Shown one piece after another: positions 15,560 to 34,200 of a DNA stretch of 64,000 nt (positions within the stretch are counted from its first letter, which is position 1; every line of letters starts with the position of its first letter). The stretch comes from the human T2T-CHM13v2.0 reference genome, Homo sapiens, in NCBI RefSeq assembly GCF_009914755.1, contig NC_060943.1. One strand, written 5' to 3'. The translations under genes and the position numbers were made by a program. The notes under the pieces are model-generated. The model did not search any database and had not been told where the DNA came from. It was given only the letters and a program-made list of their open reading frames with translations.

Positions 15560-17690
15560 AAGCAATATTATAGTTTCAAAAACATTCCAATTTTTACATT
15601 TCATTTAAAATTGTATTAAAAATATAAACTACCTAGGAATAAATTTAACAAATGTGCACAAGACTTCTATACTAAAAATTATAAAACATTGCTAAGAGAA
15701 ATTAAAGAAGTCCTAAGTAAATGGTGAGATATACTATCTTCATGGATTGAAAGACTCAATATCTCCCCAAAATTTATCTATAGATTTAGTACAATTCAGT
15801 TAAACATCAAGTAGGTTTTTTTTTTGAATGTTAAAAAACAACTTATTTTAAATTTTTTTTGTGGGGAGCTTGATAATATTATTAGCTTTATTTGTTCCAG
15901 AATGTGTAAGGGCAGCAAAAGCCAGTCTTGGAATTGTGTCTTTAAATATGCATATATATATATATATATACTATTTTAAATTTTATTTGGAAATTCAAAG
16001 GACCAAGAATATCCAGTCTGACCTTAACACTCATTATAAAGCTATTGTGACTAAGAAAATGTTTTTGTTGAAAGAACAGACAAATATGTCAGTGAAACAC
16101 AATTAAGAGTTCACAAATAGACCCATACACATATAAAATCCAGTGATTTGTGATCAGAATGGCAAAGCAATTAAATGGGGAAAATTATATTCAATACTTT
16201 TTTTTGAGATGGAGTTTTGTTCTTTTCACCCAGGCTGGAGCACAATGGTGCAATCTCAGCTTGCTGCAGCCTCCATCTCCTGGGTTCAAGTGATTCTCCT
16301 GCCTCAGCCTCCTGAGTAGCTGGGATTACAGGTATCCACCATCAAGTCTGGCTAATTTTTTTTTGTATTTTTAGTAGAGATGGGATTTTGCCATGTTGGC
16401 CAGGCTGGTATCGAAACTCCTGGCCTCAGGTGATGCACCCACCTCGGCCTCCCAAGGTGCTGGGATTACAGGTGTGAGCCACTGTAGCCAGCTTTCAATA
16501 TATTTTTATTAACAACTGAATATTCATACAAGAAAAAATCCATGAGTGTTACCCTACACCATACAGACAAGTAAATTAAAAAAATAAATGTTAGGCTTAA
16601 GAAAATAACATGATTCAAAGAGAAAAGATAGAGAAACGTCACCATGACCTTGATGTAGGCAAAGAGTCTTAGCACACAAAAAGCACTAACCATAAAAAAA
16701 ATTGACAAATTATACTTCATCAAAATTAAAAAAGTATCCCATCATCAAAAAAATAATTAAGAAAATAAACAGGCAAGCTACAGATCAGAAAAATTATCCA
16801 TATCTGACTATATATTTACTGCAATTCAATTACAAAAGAACAAATGGCCTACTTTTTTACAAAAGCAGAAAATATGAACAGATATGTCATAAATGAAGAT
16901 GAGTAAATGGCCAATAAGCACATGAAAAACTTCTCAATATTATTAATCATCAGGGAAATAAAAATTAAAACAATGAAATACCACTACACACCCATTAGAA
17001 TGGCTAAAATGAGAGAAAGCTTGACAATCCCAAATGTTGGCAAGAGCATGGAGCAACAGGAACTCTCATATATTGCTAGTAAAAGTTTAATGATACAGTT
17101 ATTTTAAGAAATAGTTTAAGAGTTTCTTAACCTTCTAAGAATATTAAACATACATATTATGACTCAGAAATTCCACAGCAAGGTGTTTATCCAAGAGAAA
17201 CAAAAATATGTGTCCACAAAAATCCTTATAAAGAATTGTTTCTTCATAATTATCCCAAACTATAAACATCTGGATGTCCACCATAAGAAGAATAAATCAC
17301 TGTGGTAAATTTATATAATGGACCACTCCTTGGCAAGGGAAAAAAACTACTCATACATTCTATCAACATGGATAAATCTCAAAAATATTACGGTGAGTGA
17401 AAGAAGCCAGACACACATACAAAAGTACATACTGTATGATTCTATTTATACAAACTTCTAGAACTGGCAAAACTATCTATGGTAAAAGAAATAAGGTGAG
17501 TGATCTTCCTGGAGGGAAGAGATTGACTGGCAAGGGGCACACGAGAGCTTTCTGGGGTGACATATCTGACCATGTGTCTTAAAATGGGTCTGGGCTACAC
17601 AAGTATAGGCATTTGTTAAGGCAGTTCAAATTGTGCACATAAGATCTAAGTATTTTACTGTTCATAGATTGTATCTCAATTTTGTTTAAG
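15560..17690 (+). mobile_element. Old L1M (L1MC/ME-like) 3' region
   Basis: Degenerate ORF2-end peptides (MANKHMK.FS..LIIREIKIKT.MKYHYTPIRMAK) and L1M 3' UTR motifs (AAAAGTACATACTGTATGATTCTATTTATA). Confidence 0.75.
16198..16492 (-). mobile_element. Alu (AluS-like)
   Basis: Antisense Alu dimer with poly(T). Confidence 0.92.
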
Positions 17691-17709
17691 TCCACAATTT
17701 CTAGATGAC

Positions 17710-18115
17710 TTAGAACAAGATAGGCTATGTTGTGGTTAACAATCCCCAAATCTTAATGGCTTAATACAACTAATTTTTATCTCTTCTTCAAAGTATACTG
17801 CAGGACTGGGCAACTGTCCAGGGTAGCCTTCCTTCACGTTGTGACTAAGATCCAGGTCCCTTCAGTGTTGCATCTCCGCATCTCATCTTGATGCCTCTGC
17901 CAGTTTTCTTAAAGAGGAAGAGAGACTGGTGAACCTGCAGGGGCTTTCAACTGCCTCTACCCAGACATGACATAAGTTACTTCCTCTCACATCCTATAGA
18001 CCAGGAGCAGTCACATGGCCTACACTTAATGTAAAGGGTTGGAGAGTACAGACTCCTATATGCCCATGAAATAAAGGATAACTAGATACTGGTGAGCATT
18101 AGAAATGCCTGCTAC
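17710..18115. mobile_element. Old MaLR LTR (MLT1-like)
   Basis: GCTATGTTGTGGTTAACAATCCCCAAATCTTAATGGCTTAATACAAC; CAGTCACATGGCC. Confidence 0.55.
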
Positions 18116-19369
18116 AATACCTTCCTTCAGGCCCTTCCATTTTATCAAAGAAGAATAAAGTCTAACTTTCTATCAGATGATTATTACAATTTCATCCTTG
18201 TGTTCAGACATGGTCTTATTAATGACATGCCCTTCTTTCAACAAAGGGAGATGTTTCCCTTCTTCAAACATGGCTGAGCTAATGTTTTCTGGTAGACAGG
18301 AGTAAAGAATTCTATAAATGTAGAAAAACACAACAAAAAAACAATCTGTGAAATTAGCTGAAGAAGTCAGAGCAGATGCACATCCAAGTTCAGTGAGAAG
18401 GAGACACAGGATTGCTGAGGTAACTCTGAGGGGCACAGAGTGACAAGTGACTGACAGGCCAATCTGGTCCAGAATAAATTATGATTGGGGATAATGGCCA
18501 TGCTAGATGCATGCTGCTGTGGAGAAAGTAGACATTATGAAAGAAAAAGGGGGTGTTTATCCGGTCCAGAGTGACAGTTTGCTGCTTGTCAAAAATCTTT
18601 ATTTCCCTATAACTTTCTGAGTTTGTAGGTGCCCTGGAGAAAGGCCCACTGTAGCACACCACAGAAAAAAAAGGGGGAAAGACAATACCTGTTTTACAAC
18701 TACCTTTTCTGTTTGAAATTTGCCCAAATGGTCTTGAACATCACAACAATTAAAAGAAAAAAAGAAAATGTTTCTGCAGATCCAATAGGTAAGATGTCAG
18801 GGACTCTATTTTGAAAATATCTGGGAGGCACTGCTGATTAATTTTGGCTTATATTTGAGAAGAGAAGCAGGCACATTTTCGAAACCAAAATGTGGAATTT
18901 TCTGATCATGTAGCACCTTTAAAGTTCAGTTATATCAGGAATAGTCAGAAATTGGACTGTATAACTGTTCCCACAAATTGTTCAAAGGTTACCTCTCATC
19001 CAGTAGACAGGGACTGAGGTTGCATAATCACCAAAGCCCAGCTCAGAGAGGAAACACACAGAATATTAATATCCTTGAAGAATTTCCATCCACTTGGGAA
19101 GAGAGATGTAGCTTGATTGCAGGATGGGTTAAGCATGTGTAGCACACAAACATATCATCAGTGTTGTTGATCTAGTGCCTGCCTCCACTTATTCCAGAAA
19201 ATTGCAGGAGAATGATTGCAGGGTGCCAAAACAAGGCTGTCAGCTGTGAACCTGGTGATTGATGTGGCTTGTTTAAGTGTGTTCAGCCAAAAACAATTTG
19301 GGGTGGCCAGATCTACCTTTTCTTCTTTGGGTGCATAATTGACACACCCCATTTAGGTCCTTGACTGAT

Positions 19370-19970
19370 GTGCCAGTCAAGAATATTTCTGTTCAAGAGA
19401 AAGAGAACCCAAATCAAATTGGCTTAAGGAAAAAACAAAGGTAACTTATGTGACTCATATACCTGAAAAAGTACAGTCACTGAGCTTCAGATACAGCTGT
19501 ATCCAAACCCTCAGATGATTTGCACCTCACCTTTCTCCAAATGTTGGCTCTGCTCTCTTCCTTATGGTTTTACTTTCAGTTACTTGTGATTTCAAGACAC
19601 AATTTCAAGTGTGATAGATAAGCAGGAGTTTATTTTCTAATAGATCTGTTCACATTCTCTAACTCACACTCTTTAGACCAACATCTTCATCTTGGTATAA
19701 TGAAACAATTCCTGTGGTCAAGAGATGTAATTACACTGATTAAGTTTGACTCATATTGCAACTCCTTAGCCAATCTCCTCTGACTACTAGGGTTTGGTGT
19801 TCTGATTGGTCAAACCAGAGTCACATGCTCAACCTCTGAGAGTATCCCCACCTGAACCACCACGTAAGAGTGTGGGGAGAGAAACTGTTTCACAGGGGAA
19901 ATTCTAGGTATTTATCAGAAGAAGCAGAAACAGAATCTGGGCAGACAGAAAAAATGACATCTACTATAAC
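19370..19970. mobile_element. Old MaLR LTR (MLT1-like)
   Basis: AGAGAACCCAAATCAAATTGGCTTAAG start; TCTGATTGGTCAAACCAGAGTCACATGCTC. Confidence 0.5.
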
Positions 19971-21380
19971 CAAAGCTAATGGTATATTTTAATATTATGT
20001 ACTGGAAACACCTTCACAGAAATTTAGGGTAGGGTCCATACATAATTCATAAAATTGTAGATTCTGAGGGTTAGAAGGTACATCAGAGGTTATAAAATCA
20101 ATTCCCAATTGTGATAAGTTGCAGCCAAATTTTAACTTGGTAAATGAAGTGGAATAGAGTATGTGGCACCCTTGGTAGATTCTTAAACATTTGAGGGTCC
20201 AAAAAATATTACTAAGTGAATTAAGGAAGGAAGGAAAGTCTTTACAGAGCTTCTTGGTTCAATTAAAGAAGCTCCTCTTACTCTCTTAAGGGTTTTAAAA
20301 AATGTATTTGGACAGGTCAGTTTCAGCTTAAGTACTGGCATCATAGACTATATCTGACTAACCCTCCTGCCGATAACAACTATAAAGTCTGCATAAATTT
20401 TTTTTAAAAAGGAAATTGTTGGAAGGCACTAGAGAACAACAAAAATCTGGAATAAAATGGAGGAGACATAACCCTCAAAAAGAAGGAAGCAGACTAGGTG
20501 GGATTTACATTACTTATTTTTCTCAAGGGTCCTACAAGTTTGCAGAGCACAGGGTATAGAGCTCAGGTATAAAATGACAGTCTTAATGGTTAAAGGCTGG
20601 AGGTTGGAGCTGCCAGAACACTGCTGAAATTAAGGGGGGAATTCTCAGAATGAGGAACCCACAAATGGTGGATCCCTCATATCTGTGTACGACTGCCTTC
20701 AAAACCTTGGATGACTCTTAAATGTCATGCATTGATGGCAGTGCTCCCGGGAGCCAAGCAGTTAGCAACAGCTGAATGGCTAAAATGCTGAGCAGAGAGT
20801 TTAGCAACCACTGGTTTCACTTTCAAATTCTACCAAGTTAGAGGAGTTTGTTCAATACCTTGAGCTATCTATTGAAACATCAGAAGAACCACACCTTAAG
20901 AATAAAGACTATACTAGAACTATGGACTATGACCTAAGAATAAAGAAAAAACAGAAATATATGTGCTTTAACAAAACCTAAAAGCAAGCCTCCACAACAT
21001 CAAGATTATTCTTCAGTAATTTAACTGCCTATTGCAATAAAACCCAACAGTTTTCAGAAAAAGATAATGGAATCTAGAGTCTCTATTATCTACAATGTTC
21101 AGTATGCAATCAAAAATTACTAGACATGCAAACAAGCAGGAAAATGTGACCTATAATTTAAAAAATAAAACAATAGAAACAGACCTGTAAATGAACCAGA
21201 TATTGAAAATATCAGACAAATATTGTCCAATAACTACTATAAATATCTTAAAATTTACAGGAAAGCACAGATATTATAAGGAAGAAATGGCATATTTTGG
21301 AACAGATACAGAAACACTAAAAATTGAAATATTTTAACTTGAAATACACAATACCTAAAGTGGAAAATTCAGTTGGGTGG

Positions 21381-21775
21381 TCTATAGACTGAATGTTTAG
21401 GCCATGCCCCTCACCGCCAATTTATATGTTGAAACCTAATTCCCAATGTGATGGTATTTGGAGATAGGGACTTTGAGAGGTAATTAGGTCATGAGGGCAG
21501 AGCCTTCATGTACAGGCTTAGTACCCTTATAAAAGAAACCACCAAAGACTCACTTCCCTTTTTGCCATGTGAGAACTGCTAAAAGAGAGGCATGTATGAA
21601 CCAGGAAGCAGAACCTCATCAGACACCAAATCTGCCAGCACTCTGATCTTGAACTTCCCAGCATCCAGAACTGTGAGAAATAAATTTATGTTGTGTATAA
21701 GCCACCGTACTTGTATACTATTACACTGTATAAGACAAAGGTACTTTGTCATAGCAGCCTGAAAGGACAAAGACA
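21381..21775 (+). mobile_element. MaLR LTR (MLT1A-like) inserted in L1M
   Basis: TATGTTGAAACCTAATTCCCAATGTGATGGTATTTGGAG; GAACTTCCCAGCATCCAGAACTGTGAGAAATAAAT; ends AAGACA; flanks GGTGG/GATGG. Confidence 0.8.
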
Positions 21776-22094
21776 GATGGGCTTAATAGCCAACTGAACA
21801 ATGCAGAAGAAAAAAAATTAGTAAACTTAAAGAGAAACCAATAGAAATTGTCCAAAGTGAAGCCCAGAGAGAGGGGAAAAAAAGGATTCTGAAAAATATT
21901 ATAATAGAGTCTCCATGAACTGTGAGACAATTTAAGTGGTCTAACAAATGTCCTTTGGACTCCACAAAGGCAAGGAGAGAGAAAAAACGAAAAAGATAGG
22001 TAACATATTTATAAGAATAATAGCTGAATTTTTGAAAATGATGAAAAACAATTTCTAGAACCAAAAAATTCAGGAACCCTTAAGAATAATTACA

Positions 22095-22441
<347 letters not shown>

Positions 22442-22556
22442 CTATTGACAAAGATAAGGAGAATATCTTCAAACCAGCCCAGGGGTGGAGTTGGGGCATA
22501 CAATATGTTCAAGGAAACAATAACAGCTGACTTCCCATCAGAAATAATAAAGAACA

Positions 22557-29360
<6,804 letters not shown>

Positions 29361-29744
29361 GAAATAATAGAGATCATAGGACATCTGAAACACTATGTTT
29401 AAAGTAACAAAAGGGAAAGAAAGTGTCAACATAAAATTCTATATCCAGTGAAAATATCCTTTAAAATTGAAGGTGAAATAAAGACATATGCAGCTAAGAG
29501 GAAGGGGAGAAAAATCTGTCACCTGTAAACAATAAATGCTGAAGAGAAATGATGCCAGATGGAAATTCAGATCTAAAGGAAGAAATTAAAAGCACTGGAA
29601 ATGATAAACATGTTGGTAAATATAAAATTATTTTTTTCTTAATTTATTGAAAAAACCATATGGACAGATGTTATTTGACGGTGCTTCTCAAGGTGTTCAT
29701 CCACCTGTGACTCAAGCTTCCTACTGTTGCTCCAAGTCTTGGAA

Positions 29745-30062
29745 ATTGTTTTGGGTTTTTGTTGTCGTTGTTTTTGTTGAGGCAGTGTCTCGCTCTTTTG
29801 CCTAGGCTGGAGTGCAGTAGTATGATTTATGGCTCACTGCAGCCTTGACTTCCCAGGCTCAGGTGATCCTCCCACCTCAGCCTCCCAAGTAGCTGGGACT
29901 ACAGGCACATGTCACCATGTCCAGATTTTGTTTTTAATATTTGGCAGAGATGGGGTTTTGCCACATTGCCCAAGCTAGTCTCAAACTCCTGAACTCAATC
30001 AATCTTCCCACCTTGGCCTCCCAAAGTGCTGGGATGACAGGCATGAGCCACTGCACCCAGCC
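29745..30062 (-). mobile_element. Alu (AluJ-like)
   Basis: Antisense Alu dimer. Confidence 0.9.
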
Positions 30063-30399
30063 TAAGTCTTGTACATTGTTATGTCTGCCTGCTGTTGATT
30101 GGATGAATATGTTGAATTGATAGGGACACAAACTGTGGGAATCTGTGTGAATGCCTCTTTTTCTGAGGAAATGAAAGTAAAAGCTGTTTGCAGATGCCAG
30201 TGCTAGGGTATATCACAGCTCCTCAAGGACATCTTGACAGGGCAGAGACCAAAGACAACACAGTGAGGGCTTGCTGGAGATGGCCACCTGCACCACACTG
30301 GCGGTGACTCCATGGCTAAGGGCCGGTAAACAGAGAAATCTCAGGAGTGGAGACAAGCTGCCTTCATCGAGGGTTTCTGGAATGGATTGTGCAGGGTTA

Positions 30400-30810
30400 T
30401 TCATTCAGCACTCACTACACATGTACTGAATACCTACTATGTGGCAGGCATTGTGACGAGTGTTCTACAGGGGTGAAGATGTGAAACAGTCACAGTCCTG
30501 TCTTCATAGTATGTAGGGGAGATACAGCCACAAATGAATCTAATATGAGAAAATTCTAAAGTAAACACTCATAAAAATAAAAATGATAGCAATAGCTAAC
30601 AGGAAGTAAATCCCTATCATGACCAGCACTGCGCTAAGCACTTTATATGCACGAAATCATTTGACATCCACAACCCCCTGAAAGGAGAAACTGCCAACCC
30701 CATTTGCACCAGGGAGGAAATTGATGCTCTTGAAGTTTCACCAGATAGAAAATAGTGGAGCTGGAATTCGAACCTAAGTGCTTGATTCTGAGGCCCAGTT
30801 TCTGATCACG
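30400..30810. mobile_element. L2 fragment plus MIR
   Basis: TTATTCATTCAGC...TACTGAATACCTACTATGTGGCAGGCATTGTG (L2); AATAGCTAAC...GCTAAGCACTTTATATGC...GGAGCTGGAATTCGAACC (MIR). Confidence 0.65.
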
Positions 30811-30817
30811 ACAGTGC

Positions 30818-31192
30818 AGGAGCAGGTAGGGTTTGGTGGGATCTGAGGATGGAGATTGCTTCTTCCCAGGAGGATCATGTAAGCCTGCATAGAGAAGGGG
30901 CACGTTAAACCTAAATTCTATCTTCTAACCTTGAAGATAGAATATGGACTTGTACAGACTAGCGCTCCATGAATAAGAAATAAGAGCTCAGGAGTGCCAG
31001 GGCCTCAAAGGAGGAGCAGGTAGAGTTTGGTGGGATCTGAAGACAGAGATTGCGTTTTCCCAGGAGGATCATGTAAGCCTCTGTGGAGAAGGGGCATGTG
31101 AACAGGCCTTGAAGGTAGAATATGGACTTGTACAGACTAACATCCCATAAATGAGAAATAAGAGCTCACGAGTGCCAGGGCACAAGGAGCAG
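30818..31192. repeat. Two-copy tandem duplication (194-bp and 173-bp units)
   Basis: Both units begin AGGAGCAGGTAG(G/A)GTTTGGTGGGATCTGA and share CCCAGGAGGATCATGTAAGCCT and TAGAATATGGACTTGTACAGACTA. Confidence 0.93.
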
Positions 31193-31397
31193 TACTGTGT
31201 TAGTATGTGCTGCTGGGTGCTAGGGATATACTGCACCCAGTGTTGATGGCACAGGGTCTCAGGACTGGATCAGACATGATCCCAGCCCAGTAGTTTACAT
31301 GGGGTCAGGTAGGTCCTAACTAAATCCACAAAGGAGAGAGTGGCAAATTAATCTTTTGCCTTGACTGTAGCCACTTGTAAATAAAAATACGAAGGTA

Positions 31398-31548
<151 letters not shown>

Positions 31549-32317
31549 CTATGAAGACGTTTTTCTTCCCTGCTGTGAAAACAAGATTTGTGGAATTTGA
31601 ATAAACTTGTCAAATATAAACCTAGTCTGGCAGGGCCTTTCTTCACCAAAAAAAAAAAAAAAAAATGACTCAGACAAAAACAGAAGAGGCGAGGACTGAG
31701 ATAAAGAAAAAGACAGAAACCTGACCACCATTGTCACCTGTTACAAACACCAGCCACTTTGGTCATCGGTGCTAAGGCCAAGCCATGTGCTAATTTCTAA
31801 TTCTGATGCTTTCATGTAGACAAATCTAGTCACCCAAGGCAGAAACGGGAAGCCATCTGAGACACTGGCCATTTCCACATCACGTTAAGCACCAAGTCTT
31901 ATCACTATTGGCAAATTGAAAACAAAAAAGATTCCATTTTTTTCCTATGTATTCAGACTTCTCTGCCACTGTTCGGCCCCCGTATTTCTGAGTGACATGG
32001 CCTCCTTAGTAATTTTCTTGCTTCTAGTTTATTTCCCTCTGACTCCAACCTCTCTGCTTCTGCCGAGTAGGCTTCCACAAATGTAAAGCAATTTCCACCT
32101 CCTGTTGAAAGCCCTTCAGCAGCTTCTCACTGCACAGAAGGTAGATTTTATACATAACCTACGAGGCCCTTTGTGACCTCACTCCTGCCTGCTGTCCAAG
32201 CTCCTCTTCACCCACTACCCCTGGATTCCAGCACTCCTCTGGTGCCCATTGTGTGCCCTGCTGTTTCACAGCATCATACACCGTGTGACTCACTGTAAGC
32301 TTCCCAAGAAAGCCTTT

Positions 32318-32850
32318 TGTACAGTCAGGGTTCTCTAGAGGGACAGGACTAATAGCATAGAATATGAAAGCAAGTTTATTAAGGAGAATTGACTCACACG
32401 ATCACAAGGTGAAGTCCCACAATAAGCTGTTTGCAAGCTGAAGAGCAAGGAAGCCAGTCCAAGTCCCAAAACCTCAAAAGTAGGGAAGCCGACAGTGCAG
32501 CCGTCTGTGGCCAAAGACCCGAGAGCCCCTGTCAAACCACTGGTGTAAGCCTGAGTTTGAAAGCTGAAGAACTTGGAGTCCCATGTTCAAAGGCAGGAAG
32601 CATCCAGCACAGGAGAAAGATGAAGGCCAGAAGACTCAGCCAGTCTAGTCCTTCCACGTTCCTCTGCCTGCTTTTATTCTAGCCTCGCTGGCAGCTGATG
32701 GTGCCCACCTGGATTGAGGGTGTGTCTGCCTCTCACAGTCCACTGACTCAAATGTTAATCTCCTTTGGCAACACCCTCACAGACACACCCAGGAACAATA
32801 CTTTGCATCTTTCAATCCAATCAATTTGACACTCAATATTAACCATCACA
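32318..32850 (-). mobile_element. MLT2 (ERVL) solo LTR
   Basis: Minus strand begins TGTGATGGTTAATATTGAGTGTCAA; TG...CA ends; 5-bp TSD CCTTT at 32313-32317 and 32851-32855. Confidence 0.9.
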
Positions 32851-33887
32851 CCTTTCCTTCTTGTGTCCACCTGGAGGCCCCAGCTCTAGCCTCATCCTCC
32901 CTGGGAAGCTACCACTGGCATCCCCAGTCCCGGGGCTTCTGGACCTAATACCTCAGCCCACACCATGACCTGGCACAGCCACAATACAGCAGCTGGGCTG
33001 ATGCTTCCTAGATAAATGAGCGCCTTTTGTCCTTTGCTTTTCTTTCCTGTGCCTACCCTCGTCTCCCCACCACTATCACCTATGGCCCCTCCCGGCATCA
33101 CGATCATTTGCCCAGAGTTGCCTCCCATCTGACAGCCTCCGAGAAAGAAGTCCAGGCAAGCATGAAGCTCTGAAGGCACACACATTCCCTCCCTCTCATT
33201 GGGGGTCACCTTAATTTGCCAACACTGATTAGTGTCACCACCCACAAGTGATAGTAAGGGAGGCATTAGCAGGAGCACCAGTGACACTTCTTGGCATCAG
33301 CTGGGGATAACGCTACCTTGAAAAGTGAGCCTGTTGACACCCAGGAATTGAATTTCCAGATCCTGCTGGGGAACCATGCAGAGAGCTTCTCACAAATTCT
33401 GGAAGCCCCAGGTGAGATGTGCTACTCGTCCCATCAGCTGAAACCTATTCAACTCCGCAGATTCTCAATGTGCACCAGCAAGGTGCTAGGTGTCAGGTCC
33501 CCAGCTCCTGCTCTCTTGGAACTTCCACTCAGAGATGATGGGATGTCAACCAAGTAGTGTTGCCAAGAGGACTCAAAGGAAAACTCATGTGTGGGATGTT
33601 AATAACTACTAATGAAAGTGGGTCTTTATTTAAACATTTAGGAACTACTGCATAAAAAATGAATGGTTTTCTTTAATCTTGAGCTTCTTGGAACCTTGAA
33701 AATGACAGTGATTGCCATGAAGCTCAACAAGAAGGGTCCAGTTTGCAGCCTTCTCCTCCTAACATGCTGACACAGAACCCCTGTGCTGAGGCAGACCCAC
33801 CCTCAATCCAGGTGGGCACCATCTGGATTCCAAAGAATCCACATCTTTGGATAGCATTTCACCAAATAGACTATAGCAAATGTTTTA

Positions 33888-34200
33888 GGCCAGGCACAGT
33901 GGCTCACGCCTGTAATTCCAGCACTTTGGGAGGCTGAGGCAGGCAGATCACCTGAAGTCAGGAGTTCATGACCAGCCTGGCCAATATGGTGAAACCCCAT
34001 CTCTACTAAAAATATAAAAATTAGCGAGGCATGGAGGAAGGTGCCTGTAATCCCAGGTATTCGGGAGGCTGAAGCAAGAGAATCGCTGGAACCCAGGAGG
34101 CGGAGGTTGCAGTGAGCCGAGAGTGTGCCATTGCACTGCACACTGCAGCCTGTGCGGCAAGAATGAAATTCTGTCTAATAAAAAAAAAAAAAGAAAGAAA
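33888..34200 (+). mobile_element. Alu (AluS-like)
   Basis: Full dimer with a small CACTGCA duplication in the right arm. Confidence 0.92.

Noticed and set aside
30818-31192. CRISPR-like or other repeat-spacer array
   Set aside because: Only two long degenerate units with no spacers, in eukaryotic DNA.
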